Assembly (NCBI GenBank): GCA_045606105.1
Contig: JAZURI010000011.1
Coordinates: forward strand, 64,001-128,000
DNA length: 64,000 nt
From: Spirochaetia bacterium
Lineage (GTDB): Bacteria; Spirochaetota; Spirochaetia; CADAEX01
Reading direction: 5' to 3'
The position numbers and the translations under genes were made by a program. The notes beneath the pieces are model-generated. The model was not told where the DNA came from. It searched no databases and worked only from the letters and a program-made list of their open reading frames with translations. Position 1 is the first letter of the stretch. Each line of letters begins with the position of its first letter. Positions 29,702 to 39,856 of this stretch are shown here, one piece after another.

Positions 29702-32224
29702 TCAGTCTGCACGAGGCCCGGCAACAAACTCGTATTCGTTTGCACTTGAATAGAAGATGTCATTGAGCGTATCGTACATACCCACCTTTCCGTCAGACAG
29801 CCTTCTGCAAGGATACAGGTCTCCGATCAGCGTATGGTCATGGTGCAGCTGCAGGTAATACAGCTTTCCGTGAGCCGATTCCGGAGTTGAGTTGTCCCTG
29901 AATACAAGAAGTACGTCATCGTTGAACGATCCTACCGGTGACACATCAATGTTGAATGCATTGGACTCATTTTCGGCATTGATTACACCGAATCCGTGAT
30001 AACGGCACAGATGCATCTTGCAAGGACCCTGGTCAAACCTTACCTCAAGACCCTGGTATGTTGTAGGTCCGTAATCAGCCTCAAAGATACGGAGAATACT
30101 GTTTCCGCGGAGTCTGAGGTCCGAGCTTCCGAATATGGTTCTGGAGTGATGTCCGCCGTACCAGAACTTGATATCCACTCCTGTCTTTTCGTTAGGAGTA
30201 TACGGAATGATAAAGTACGCATCATTTCCGTCCACGTTCTCGATATATTCCAGCCTCTCGTACCAAAGGGCATAGATGGTTGTGTTGCTGTTGATCACTT
30301 CGGTATTGAAGTCAAACTTTTCTGTCTTGGCCGGGTTCTTGTACCAGCCGGCAAAGATATATCCTGATTTAACCGGGTCTGTCGGAACAGGAGCCGATTC
30401 ACCTTCCAATACATTGATTGAAGAAGGATTAAGTGTACCACCGTCGGTATCATAGGTAACTTTATAGACACTACTGCTGCTGGACCATTCGCCGTAAAGG
30501 GTCATATCCTGGGTTACAGGCTGAGTGAAATCCCATTTATTATTCCAATCAAACAATGCACCAAGGGCAGATCCGTACCAGCCTCTGAAAGCCTTGCCTG
30601 CCTCCAGGCTGACCTTAGGAATCTCCAGATAACCTCCCGTAGGAACAATCTGTGTATCTACCGTTGTTGTAGAAAGTGACCATCCGCTGTCCCTGATTAC
30701 AAATGAAACTGTACATGTTGTATCATTTCCGTCGTCAACGCTGCCACCAAAGATACTTGTAGGAACAGCAATCCACTGCGCATAGTATGTGGTATTCTCT
30801 GTCAGTGCAGTATGTTCATGAACTCTGGTTCCGCCGTTTACTTCAGTACCCCATCCGTTGAGTACGAAGGTAACCCACCTGAGGCCTGCGGCATTTACCG
30901 TTGCTTCAGGAAGCAGTCCGATATGGTCTCCCTTGTATCCGCTTACAGTTGCAGGTGTAACATTTGTAGTATATGTGTTACCGTTATAGGAAGGCCTGTT
31001 TCCGTCAAATGTTACTGTAATCCATTCCCTGTGGGCATAGAGATTCATGTCTTCGGTAAAAGGCTCCATGGAAGTGAATCTTGTACCGCCGCCTCCGTTA
31101 CCGTCTTCAGGTGCTGTATACCAGTATCCGTCCGAAAGTTCTCCCAGAGGAGGAAGGTCTGTCTGATCGGAAACTCCGCTGTAGGTCCTGAAACGCTGAG
31201 GTGTAGGATTATTGAAATAATAGAGGTTTATTTCTATGGCATCAGCTATTTTCAGATAGCATACGGCCGGAGATACCGTATCTCCGTCCACGATACATTT
31301 TATTTCAAAGTTTCCGTATTCGTCCGCTTCATAGAGAAAGTTCCTGTTTGATCCGAACTGTACCAGAACTTCGTCCACATACCAGTCAAAATTTTCTCCC
31401 TGGCTTCCGCAGAGCAGACTGATTATTTCATCAAGGTCATTCTCCATGACTGTGGTTTTGCCCTTGAGCAGGAGGTTCCCCGAAGTAAACTCACCGGAAA
31501 CCACGGCCTGATGATCCTCAAGCACCTCTACGGTGATTACCTCTCCGTAGTGATATCCCACATATTCATCCCCGAATGTGAATGCCAGAGTATAGAATCC
31601 CACTTCAAGATCGTCAAGTGTTCCTGTAAACCTGAGAATTCCGTCGCTTCTGGTCATTGCAAAATCGGTGAAGAACTGTGTTTTTTCTCCCACAAGGGTA
31701 TAGTTTACCGTAAGGTGTCCCCCCTGGCTTGAGACCTGAGGAATAGTAACATCCATACGGATGGAGCCGGTTCCCATAGAGAGTTCCAGATCCACATCCA
31801 CAAAATTGATTCCCATATTGATGTAGGTCTCGCACTCACCATACATCAGTATATGGTCACTGCTGTCAAAGGCTGCAACGGTAAAATGCCATAATCCCTG
31901 GGAAAGTCCCACGGCATCCCCTATTGTAAAAGGCTGCCATTCGCGTACGGTACCGAAAGGAGTCAGCCCCGAGTCAAGCTCGAACAGAGGTTCTGCCTTA
32001 TATTTGTAGGAAATTACCTCAGCACCCGGATCCGCACTCAGGCTGGCATTGATCTTGCGCATAGGTCCGCCGTCAGAACCGGGAGCAGAGAGCCCGAAAA
32101 TGATTTCGGAAGTTTTAATATTGGAGGCAGAAGCATCCAGTGCCTTATCCACGCTGCCGTTGTCACAGGAAAAAAACATAGGAATGAGTAATAGAGATAA
32201 TATTAAAAAAAGAAATCGTCTCAA
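29702..32224 (-). CDS. Large surface lipoprotein: family N-terminal module, InlB B-repeat-like repeats, C-terminal putative lectin-like domain
   Basis: Lipobox FFSC; repeats such as VTYDTDGG..P.K.GY.FAGWY..FDF..TIYALW; TTG start after AAGGAGG. Confidence 0.75.
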   Translation of the reverse strand: MRRFLFLILSLLLIPMFFSCDNGSVDKALDASASNIKTSEIIFGLSAPGSDGGPMRKINASLSADPGAEVISYKYKAEPLFELDSGLTPFGTVREWQPFTIGDAVGLSQGLWHFTVAAFDSSDHILMYGECETYINMGINFVDVDLELSMGTGSIRMDVTIPQVSSQGGHLTVNYTLVGEKTQFFTDFAMTRSDGILRFTGTLDDLEVGFYTLAFTFGDEYVGYHYGEVITVEVLEDHQAVVSGEFTSGNLLLKGKTTVMENDLDEIISLLCGSQGENFDWYVDEVLVQFGSNRNFLYEADEYGNFEIKCIVDGDTVSPAVCYLKIADAIEINLYYFNNPTPQRFRTYSGVSDQTDLPPLGELSDGYWYTAPEDGNGGGGTRFTSMEPFTEDMNLYAHREWITVTFDGNRPSYNGNTYTTNVTPATVSGYKGDHIGLLPEATVNAAGLRWVTFVLNGWGTEVNGGTRVHEHTALTENTTYYAQWIAVPTSIFGGSVDDGNDTTCTVSFVIRDSGWSLSTTTVDTQIVPTGGYLEIPKVSLEAGKAFRGWYGSALGALFDWNNKWDFTQPVTQDMTLYGEWSSSSSVYKVTYDTDGGTLNPSSINVLEGESAPVPTDPVKSGYIFAGWYKNPAKTEKFDFNTEVINSNTTIYALWYERLEYIENVDGNDAYFIIPYTPNEKTGVDIKFWYGGHHSRTIFGSSDLRLRGNSILRIFEADYGPTTYQGLEVRFDQGPCKMHLCRYHGFGVINAENESNAFNIDVSPVGSFNDDVLLVFRDNSTPESAHGKLYYLQLHHDHTLIGDLYPCRRLSDGKVGMYDTLNDIFYSSANEYEFVAGPRAD

Positions 32225-32238
32225 CTGTCTGCCTCCTT

Positions 32239-32266
32239 AAAAAAAACCTGTCCCGCAAGACGGGTT
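32239..32266 (-). terminator. Intrinsic terminator between lipoprotein genes, abutting the next SD
   Basis: AACCCGTC-TTGCGG-GACAGGTT followed by a T-run; homologous to the hairpin at 33569-33598. Confidence 0.65.
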
Positions 32267-32281
32267 ATACTTTTTAAAAGA

Positions 32282-33331
32282 TTAGTCTGTTACTGTAAAA
32301 TCCATATTAATTGACATTGCGATGTTTCCGCTGGTTACGCCGCATGCGATGTTTGCAAACTGTGCTGCAGAAGGTGTCCAGCTGTAAGTTGCTTCATTGC
32401 CCGGCATAGGAGCTCCGTTGATGAACCACTGGTAAGTTGCACCGTCGGCAGGCACTGCTGTACAGGTGAATGTTACAGTCTGATTCTTGGCAATCTGTGT
32501 TACTGCCTCATCAGAATTATTTTTGGCTGCAAGTGTAAGAGTCAGCACTGCAAGACCGTTTACAGAAAGGGAAGGAGTCTGGAACAGACCGTAATCAAGG
32601 GTACCTGTAATGGCTGCTGTCTCTCCGCCGTCCACTGTTACATAAAGAGGTACTGTTCCTACAGGGTTGTCGCCGTTCTTATATTCAAGATTTACCCAAT
32701 ACATGCCGGCTGCGAGGTTATCAATTGTCTCCTTATCAAAATCTGCCTTTTCGGCTGTGCTTGATCCGTTAGGCACTACAGTGATAGTTTCGATTGCATT
32801 GGCTGTGTCTTCCACGGAACCGTAGGAAATTACAAGCTTGTCTCCGGAAGCTACTACTCTTTTTGCATCCACATCCACTGTGATTGTACCTTTCATTGTA
32901 TCGTCAAATGCAGGTGATACATCAAATACAACCGGTGTGCCTGAGGCATTTACATAAGCTGTTTCGGTTCCTGTATAGAGCACGGCACCTTTTGCTGACC
33001 TTACCTGAATATCGAATGTCCACTGTCCCTGCTGGAAAAGACCGATGGTTCCGGTGGTTCCTCCAAATTCAGTAACCTGAGTCCATGCATCTCTCTTTCC
33101 GTAGGCATTTTCGCTGCCGGCCCACTGAGGTGTTGCCTTGTAATATATAGAGCTTACTGAACCGCGTCCTCCTGTAACGGATACGGCATAGGATGGGCCG
33201 TAGGAAGATATGTCAAATGATACACTTACAAGAGACGGACCTGATGCAAGATCGTCAGAGCCGCCGTTCTGACAGGAACATACGAATATCATAGCCAGAC
33301 AAAGCATTAATATTGTAAATTTTCTTTTCAT
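32282..33331 (-). CDS. Lipoprotein, paralogue family (beta-rich, C-terminal Ig-like module)
   Basis: Lipobox CSC; shares YKATP.W, FQQGQWTFD.QV and TYQW.ING with 33613-34656. Confidence 0.8.
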   Translation of the reverse strand: MKRKFTILMLCLAMIFVCSCQNGGSDDLASGPSLVSVSFDISSYGPSYAVSVTGGRGSVSSIYYKATPQWAGSENAYGKRDAWTQVTEFGGTTGTIGLFQQGQWTFDIQVRSAKGAVLYTGTETAYVNASGTPVVFDVSPAFDDTMKGTITVDVDAKRVVASGDKLVISYGSVEDTANAIETITVVPNGSSTAEKADFDKETIDNLAAGMYWVNLEYKNGDNPVGTVPLYVTVDGGETAAITGTLDYGLFQTPSLSVNGLAVLTLTLAAKNNSDEAVTQIAKNQTVTFTCTAVPADGATYQWFINGAPMPGNEATYSWTPSAAQFANIACGVTSGNIAMSINMDFTVTD

Positions 33332-33396
33332 GTCTGTTCTCCGTCAAAATTGGAAATACAAAAAAATGTTATTCCTAACAAAATAATAAAAGAAAA

Positions 33397-33469
33397 TCGG
33401 GCAAGGCGGACTCGAACCGCCGGTCTCAACGTCCCGAACGTTGCGCGCTACCAACTGCGCTATTGCCCG
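33397..33469 (-). tRNA. tRNA-Pro(CGG), CCA not encoded
   Basis: CGGGCAATAGCGCAGTTGGTAGCGCGCAACGTT-CGG-GACGTTGAGACCGGCGGTTCGAGTCCGCCTTGCCCGA folds into a full cloverleaf. Confidence 0.95.
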
Positions 33470-33548
33470 AAAGAGTTACGGACTCCCCGCCGTCCAGGAT
33501 AAATGATACGCTGGCTCCGCCTACGGGAGTTATACCGTTCTTGTACAT
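33462..33548 (-). pseudogene. Internal fragment of a further lipoprotein paralogue fused to the tRNA 5' end
   Basis: Reads MYKNGITPVGGASVSFILDGGESVTLSGN, a gapless match to YKNGDNPVGTVPLYVTVDGGETAAITGT (32282 gene) and YLNNTAEVGSAIVNFTLDAGQTATISGN (33613 gene). Confidence 0.75.
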
Positions 33549-33568
33549 CTGCCGCCGTGACCGAAGAC

Positions 33569-33598
33569 AAAAAACCTGTCCCGCCGGGGACAGGTTTT
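33569..33598 (-). terminator. Intrinsic terminator after lipoprotein 33613-34656
   Basis: AAAACCTGTCCC-CGGC-GGGACAGGTTTTTT. Confidence 0.8.
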
Positions 33599-33612
33599 AC
33601 TATATCATATCA

Positions 33613-34656
33613 TTAAGGCAATTCTGTTACCTGATATGTAATTGACTTGCTGACAACAATGTTTCCGCGGGTTGCTGTACAAGTAATGCTTGCATTCTGA
33701 TATGCAGTCGGAGACCATTCATATGATGGTACTGTTGTTGCACTGCCTACAGCATCTCCGTTTATATACCACTGGTATGTTGTTTCGCCGGCAGGAGTTG
33801 CAGTACAGGTGAAAGTAACCACTCCGGCGTCGACACTGCTCTCTATCTCGGAAAGGGTAAAGGATGATGAAATTCCGTTGATTGTAATGAGTGCTGTCTG
33901 GAATTCTCCTTCTACAAGGTTTCCGGAAATAGTTGCTGTCTGACCGGCATCAAGTGTAAAGTTGACGATTGCGCTACCTACTTCAGCTGTATTGTTCAGA
34001 TATGTAAGCTTAACCCAGTAGTTGCCTGCTGCAAGGCCTTCCACATCATCAATCTCAAATGAAAGGCTTGGGCTGTCTGCTGCACATGTTTTTGTCTGAT
34101 TTGTTTCTAGGTCAGCATCCTGTCCCACAAGTCCGTACTCCATAAGTACCTTGTTGAGATTCAAGGTCGGATTTATCTTGGCTGCTGTGATTGTATCAAA
34201 TGCGATTGTACCTGTACCTACACCAGCTCCGCCGCGTGTTACAGTTACTTCTACAGGTGTATTTGCAGCATTGATGTATACTGTGGTTGCTGCTCCTGTA
34301 TAAACAACGTTTGCACCACTTTTTACCTGAACATCGAATGTCCACTGTCCCTGCTGGAAGTATCCGAGATCCTTTTCTGCTGCATAATCTTCAATTTCGA
34401 CAAATCCAGCTGTCTTTCCGAATACATTTTCGTTTGTCCAATTAGGAGTTGCCTTGTACCAGTAAGTAAGTTCGCCTGAAACACTTCCGCCGCTTACGGA
34501 AATGGTTCTCTGAGGTCCGTCTGCAGGAAGTTCTACAGAAAGGTTTACTTTATATAAAGCGCCGCCTGCAATATCGTCGGAACCGGTTCCGTTCTGACAT
34601 GAGCATACAAAAATCATTGCCATACAAAGCAAAAGTACGATTAAATTTTTTTTCAT
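33613..34656 (-). CDS. Lipoprotein, paralogue family
   Basis: Lipobox CSC; signal peptide and core motifs closely similar to 32282-33331. Confidence 0.8.
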   Translation of the reverse strand: MKKNLIVLLLCMAMIFVCSCQNGTGSDDIAGGALYKVNLSVELPADGPQRTISVSGGSVSGELTYWYKATPNWTNENVFGKTAGFVEIEDYAAEKDLGYFQQGQWTFDVQVKSGANVVYTGAATTVYINAANTPVEVTVTRGGAGVGTGTIAFDTITAAKINPTLNLNKVLMEYGLVGQDADLETNQTKTCAADSPSLSFEIDDVEGLAAGNYWVKLTYLNNTAEVGSAIVNFTLDAGQTATISGNLVEGEFQTALITINGISSSFTLSEIESSVDAGVVTFTCTATPAGETTYQWYINGDAVGSATTVPSYEWSPTAYQNASITCTATRGNIVVSKSITYQVTELP

Positions 34657-34787
34657 AAAATTCTCCCTTTTTTTACGTAGATATTATCTGCGTAAAAAAT
34701 ATATATTGTAATATATATTCCTCTCATATTAAATTGTCAAATATTTTTTTATTGATTTATATAATTAAATTGAAGTAATATATAAGT

Positions 34788-35972
34788 ATGAAGCTTTATA
34801 CTAAAAATCAGGTCATTACATATATTATTATCACTGCAGCTGTTTTCATCTTTGCATTTTTTGCTGCATACTCCTTTTTTCTGCCTGAAAAAAAGGAAAC
34901 TGAAACAGGCAGAACCGCCGCCGGAACAGAGGCGGAATCTCCGTCCCCGTCACCGGCTCCTACCCTGACCCATGACGAGCAGGAAAACATACTTATCTAC
35001 GAAAGGCTGAACCGGGCTGTGGTAAACATCTCCACCGAAGTAATGACCTGGAACTGGTTTTTCGAATCGGTACCTCAGGAGGGGGGAAGCGGATCCGGTG
35101 CCATCATAGATAAGGAAGGATATATCCTGACCAACAAGCACGTGGTGGAAAAGGCCTACAAGGTTTATGTGACCATAGCCGACGGTACCACCTTCGAAGG
35201 CAAGGTGGTGGGTGTGGATTACGAGAACGACCTGGCCGTGGTAAAGATAGAGCCGGGAGACCGGGATCTTACCGTAATAGAGTTCGGAGATTCGTCGGCC
35301 CTGAGGGTGGGACAGAAGGTGCTGGCCATAGGAAACCCTTTCGGCTATGAAAGAACCCTTACCACCGGCGTCATCTCGGGTCTGGGACGCCCCATGGTCA
35401 CTTCTGCCGAGAACAAGTACATAATCAAGGACATGATCCAGACCGACGCCTCCATAAATCCGGGTAACTCCGGAGGGCCCATGATAGATTCGGGAGGAAA
35501 GCTCATCGGTATCAATACAGTTATCTATTCTCCGTCGGGAGGCTCCGTGGGAATAGGTTTTGCGGTTCCCGTAAATACAGCCAAGCGTGTAATTCCTGAC
35601 CTGATAGCACACGGAAAAGTCAACAGAGGCTGGATAGACATGGAATTTATAACCCTGTTTCCAAAGCTGGTGGAATATGCCAAGCTTCCCGTATCCAGAG
35701 GAATTCTGGTTTCCAGGGTAGAACGGGGAAGCAATGCGGATAAAGCCGGCCTTAAAGGGGGCACCGATCAGGTACGCTACAGAAATTCTTCCTTCTATCT
35801 GGGAGGAGACATAATCACCGGCATCAACGGAAATGCAATCTCTTCCGTGGCTGACGTGTACAGCGCACTGGAAAATACCCGGCCCGGAGACAAGGCCAAG
35901 CTTACGGTAATCAGAAAAGGGAAGGAAATGATTCTGGAAACAGAGCTTTCCGAAAGAAGAAACCTGAAATGA
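34788..35972 (+). CDS. htrA: HtrA/DegP-family serine protease with one PDZ domain
   Basis: [29 protein letters not shown]; N-terminal TM. Confidence 0.92.
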   Translation: MKLYTKNQVITYIIITAAVFIFAFFAAYSFFLPEKKETETGRTAAGTEAESPSPSPAPTLTHDEQENILIYERLNRAVVNISTEVMTWNWFFESVPQEGGSGSGAIIDKEGYILTNKHVVEKAYKVYVTIADGTTFEGKVVGVDYENDLAVVKIEPGDRDLTVIEFGDSSALRVGQKVLAIGNPFGYERTLTTGVISGLGRPMVTSAENKYIIKDMIQTDASINPGNSGGPMIDSGGKLIGINTVIYSPSGGSVGIGFAVPVNTAKRVIPDLIAHGKVNRGWIDMEFITLFPKLVEYAKLPVSRGILVSRVERGSNADKAGLKGGTDQVRYRNSSFYLGGDIITGINGNAISSVADVYSALENTRPGDKAKLTVIRKGKEMILETELSERRNLK

Positions 35973-37951
35973 AGAAATTCAGGACTGCAGCCCCCTACGA
36001 GCCGGCCGGAGACCAGATCAAGGCCATAAAGGAGCTGACCGAGGGGATAGAAAAGGGGTACAGGAAACAGATTCTCAAAGGGGTTACCGGCTCGGGCAAG
36101 ACCTTTACCATGGCCAAGATCATAGAGAACGTGAACAAGCCTACCCTTGTGCTTTCCCACAACAAGACCCTGGCAGCCCAGCTTTACAGGGAGTTCAAGG
36201 ATTTCTTTCCCGACAATGCGGTGGAATACTTTGTTTCCTATTACGACTACTACCAGCCGGAAGCCTATGTTCCCTCCAAGGATCTCTACATAGAAAAGGA
36301 TGCCAGTATAAACGAGGAGATAGAAAGGCTCAGGCTATCTGCCACCTCTTCCCTTCTGGAGCGGAAGGATGTAATCATAGTCTCCACCGTCTCCTGCATC
36401 TACGGTCTGGGAAGCCCGGACACCTACAAGGATATGAGACTGATGCTCAGGGTGGGAGAAGAAAGGAACATCACAGCCATAGCCAGACAGCTGGTCTCCA
36501 TGCAGTATGACAGGAATGACAATATAGGAGAGCGGGGAAATTTTCGTATCCACGGTGATACCGTAGACATTTTCCCGGCCTATACAAAGCACGGCTACAG
36601 AATAAACCTGGACTGGGACGAAATAGCATCCATCACCGAATTTGACCCTGTTACCGGAAACACTGTAGAAACCTACGACTTTATCACCGTATATCCGGCA
36701 AAGCATTTCGTGGTTCCCGAAGCAGATCTGAAAAAAGCCATAGAGGGTATCAGGGAGGAGATGGAAGAAAGGTACAGGGAGCTGACCGAGGCAGGAAAGC
36801 TGCTGGAGGCACAGAGAATAAAATCCCGCACCGAGTACGATATGGAAATGCTGGAGGAAATGGGATACTGTACCGGAATCGAAAACTATTCCAGACACAT
36901 AACCGGAAGAAAGGAGGGGGAACGCCCTTATGTTCTTCTGGATTATTTTCCCAAGGATTTTCTCCTGTTTGTGGACGAATCCCATGTTACCCTTTCCCAG
37001 GTCAGGGCCATGTACGAGGGGGACCGTTCCAGAAAGACCACACTCTACGACCATGGCTTCAGGCTGAAATCGGCCCTGGATAACAGACCGCTGGTTTACA
37101 GCGAGTTCGAGGCCATGCAGGATAAGGTTATCTATGTTTCCGCCACCCCCGGCAAGGAGGAGTACGAGAAGGGAGAAAATACCGTGGAACAGATTATCCG
37201 CCCTACAGGACTTCTGGATCCTGAAATCACCGTAAGGGGAACAAAGGGACAGATTGAAGATCTTTACAGCGAGATAAAGGAAAGGATAAAGGCTGACGAA
37301 AGGGTTCTCATCACCACTCTGACCAAGAAAATGGCGGAGGATCTTACCGATTACCTCAGCGGACTGGGACTGAAGGTCCGATATATGCATTCCGAAATCG
37401 AAACCTTTGAACGGGTGGAGATTATCAAGGAGCTCAGGACAGGAAAGTGCGATATAATAGTAGGAATCAACCTGCTGAGAGAGGGACTTGATATTCCGGA
37501 GGTCTCACTGATTGCCATCATGGATGCGGACAAGATAGGCTTTCTCCGCTCTGCCACATCCCTTATCCAGACCATAGGAAGGGCTGCAAGAAATGTGAAC
37601 GGCAAGGTAATAATGTATGCCGACAGGATGACCGAAGCCATGGAGGAGGCCATAAAGGAGACACAGCGCCGCCGCGAAATCCAGCAGAAATACAACGAAG
37701 AGCACGGAATCACCCCTGTTACCGTAAAAAAGGCAGTTCAGGATATCCTTATCAGGAAGCATGCAGACAAGGTAAAAGGGGGAGAAACCAATGTTGAGGT
37801 TATCAAGAACAGCTATAATATGGTTAATCCTAAGGAAAGGAAAAAGCTGATAAAGGCCCTGGAAAAGGAGATGCTGGAGCATGCCAAGAATCTTGAGTTT
37901 GAGGAAGCGGCCATACTGAGGGATGAAATAGAAAAGCTCAGTGCTTTCTGA
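35969..37951 (+). CDS. uvrB: Excinuclease ABC subunit B
   Basis: [32 protein letters not shown]-terminal UVR domain. Confidence 0.97.
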   Translation: MKKFRTAAPYEPAGDQIKAIKELTEGIEKGYRKQILKGVTGSGKTFTMAKIIENVNKPTLVLSHNKTLAAQLYREFKDFFPDNAVEYFVSYYDYYQPEAYVPSKDLYIEKDASINEEIERLRLSATSSLLERKDVIIVSTVSCIYGLGSPDTYKDMRLMLRVGEERNITAIARQLVSMQYDRNDNIGERGNFRIHGDTVDIFPAYTKHGYRINLDWDEIASITEFDPVTGNTVETYDFITVYPAKHFVVPEADLKKAIEGIREEMEERYRELTEAGKLLEAQRIKSRTEYDMEMLEEMGYCTGIENYSRHITGRKEGERPYVLLDYFPKDFLLFVDESHVTLSQVRAMYEGDRSRKTTLYDHGFRLKSALDNRPLVYSEFEAMQDKVIYVSATPGKEEYEKGENTVEQIIRPTGLLDPEITVRGTKGQIEDLYSEIKERIKADERVLITTLTKKMAEDLTDYLSGLGLKVRYMHSEIETFERVEIIKELRTGKCDIIVGINLLREGLDIPEVSLIAIMDADKIGFLRSATSLIQTIGRAARNVNGKVIMYADRMTEAMEEAIKETQRRREIQQKYNEEHGITPVTVKKAVQDILIRKHADKVKGGETNVEVIKNSYNMVNPKERKKLIKALEKEMLEHAKNLEFEEAAILRDEIEKLSAF

Positions 37952-39182
37952 AAATTTCCACCGGTTTTATCCTGCCGCCCTGTCGAGCCGGCAGCCATGA
38001 TGCAGCCACCGAGAAAAATACCGCAAGAAGGGCAAATACCGCCAGCTTACCCGGATCAATATCCACAGGAATACTCTCCAGATAGAACTGTGAATCAAAG
38101 AGCGAAATATTGCATACCCCTTCCAGAAAGGCGATAATTCCGTTTATGTTTACAGCGGCCAGCACACCGACCGCTGTACCCAGCACTGCAGCACAGACCC
38201 CGATAAAAAGGGCGGTAAGCATGAAAATGGAGGAGATGTCCCTGTCTGTGGCCCCTGCACTTTTCAGCACCGCAATATCCTGCTTCTTGGAAATGACCAT
38301 CATTATCATGGAGGATGAGATATTTACCGAAGCTACGGCCAGAATCAGGATCATTATGAAAATCAGAAACTTCCTTGTGGTATCCAGGGATGCCACCAGA
38401 CTGTCGTTAAGGGTTTCCCAGCCAGACAACCGGACTCCCGGTACGGAGCTGTAGATTTCATCCATTACCGAATAAAGCTCATCGCCGAAAGGATCGGAAA
38501 CCGTTACTCCCAGCATCCGGCTGTTCTTTTCCTTGAAAAGGGAGCTGCCGCACTCCAGAGAAATGAAGGCTGAAAGCATGTCCAGGTCCTGATATCCCGA
38601 TGTATATATTCCTGTTACCCTGAAGCTTGTAGGCCTGAGCAGCACCGGTCTTCCCGGCACCACCCTGGCTGTCAGGAGCTTGATGGAATCGCCGGGAGCC
38701 ACCTTAAGCTTGTCTGCAGTTTCGGAGCTGATGACTATGCTGTCCCTTTCAGCCAGGGAGAAATCGCCATCCTTTACCGTTATGTACTGCCGGAAACCAT
38801 GGTTCTCGCTGTATACGGAATCGGGAATACCCCGTACCGTAATACCGGTCCTGCCATCCTCGGCATAAAGTATACCGCCTCCCTGAACGCATGGAAAAAC
38901 ATTTTCCACATTTTCAAGAGAAGAGATCTGTTCCATTATATCGGCCTCTTCTTCGGCCCCGGTATCAGCCGGGAGGCGTACCTGAATATGGAAGCTGCCT
39001 ACCTCGATGTACCGGCTTACAATTCCCTCTATCATTCCGTCTGCAATCACGGATACCACAATCAGGGGAACCAGGCTGATGGCCGCCCCTATTACGGCAC
39101 CCCGGATATGCCTGAACATACCTGCCTTGCTTTTATTGAAGAGAATCCTGAATGCAAAGAAGAAAGGGAAAAGCCTGATCAT
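37938..39182 (-). CDS. lolE: Lipoprotein-releasing ABC permease (LolC/E family)
   Basis: MacB-type periplasmic domain plus FtsX-like C-terminal TMs; flanks lolD. Confidence 0.8.
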   Translation of the reverse strand: MIRLFPFFFAFRILFNKSKAGMFRHIRGAVIGAAISLVPLIVVSVIADGMIEGIVSRYIEVGSFHIQVRLPADTGAEEEADIMEQISSLENVENVFPCVQGGGILYAEDGRTGITVRGIPDSVYSENHGFRQYITVKDGDFSLAERDSIVISSETADKLKVAPGDSIKLLTARVVPGRPVLLRPTSFRVTGIYTSGYQDLDMLSAFISLECGSSLFKEKNSRMLGVTVSDPFGDELYSVMDEIYSSVPGVRLSGWETLNDSLVASLDTTRKFLIFIMILILAVASVNISSSMIMMVISKKQDIAVLKSAGATDRDISSIFMLTALFIGVCAAVLGTAVGVLAAVNINGIIAFLEGVCNISLFDSQFYLESIPVDIDPGKLAVFALLAVFFSVAASWLPARQGGRIKPVEIFRKH

Positions 39183-39856
39183 ATCTGCACGAAACCGCCG
39201 TTTTCAAGCTTTACCGTAATGTCGCCCCGGGCTGCAATACCGGGATCGTGGGTTACCAGAATCAGGGATTTTCCCTTTTCGGCGGTAAGCTCAAAGAGTA
39301 GATTTTCTATGTTTCTGGAATTTTTTTCATCAAGGTTTCCTGTAGGCTCATCAGCCAGAATCAGCATGGGATTGTTTACCAATGCCCTGGCTACCGCTAT
39401 TCTCTGCCTCTCGCCGCCGGAAAGACGGGAGGGATATGAATTCCGCTTATGGATCATGTTGACCCTTTCCAGAAGCTCCTCACCCATCTCCCTTGCCTCT
39501 TTTTTAGGGATGCCGGAAATAAGGGCAGGAATCATGATATTTTCAAGGGCATTCAGCTCCTTGAGGAGATAATGGAACTGGAAAATGAAGCCTATGGTAC
39601 TGTTACGGTAGCTGCAGAGCCCCTTTCTGCCCAGTTTTGTGATATCGGTACCGTTTACAATGACGCTTCCGCTGTCGCAGAAGTCCAGGGAACCGATAAT
39701 GTTGAGCAGAGTACTTTTACCGCAGCCGCTTTCCCCGGTTATGATAAGCTGTTTTCCGGCCTCCAGGGAAAAGTTCATATCCTTTATGATTTCAAGCCTT
39801 TCATCGCCGTTCTTATAGCTTTTGTTTAGATTTTTCAATTCAAGAATATTCATCAT
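39179..39856 (-). CDS. lolD: Lipoprotein-releasing ABC ATPase
   Basis: GESGCGKST, GFIFQFHYLL, LSGGE, DEPTGNLD motifs. Confidence 0.88.
   Translation of the reverse strand: MMNILELKNLNKSYKNGDERLEIIKDMNFSLEAGKQLIITGESGCGKSTLLNIIGSLDFCDSGSVIVNGTDITKLGRKGLCSYRNSTIGFIFQFHYLLKELNALENIMIPALISGIPKKEAREMGEELLERVNMIHKRNSYPSRLSGGERQRIAVARALVNNPMLILADEPTGNLDEKNSRNIENLLFELTAEKGKSLILVTHDPGIAARGDITVKLENGGFVQI

Noticed and set aside
33471-33568. Spacer upstream of tRNA-Pro considered as SRP RNA, 6S RNA or a riboswitch
   Set aside because: It can fold into an imperfect hairpin but lacks SRP, 6S or riboswitch consensus motifs that I can recognise; better explained as a lipoprotein gene remnant.
33463-33645. 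60-aa plus-strand ORF
   Set aside because: Antisense to the paralogue remnant and spans a terminator.
36335-37390. 351-aa ORF antisense to uvrB, and similar antisense ORFs in ftsK, lolE, thiE and glyA
   Set aside because: Fully nested opposite well-supported genes with no recognisable protein features.
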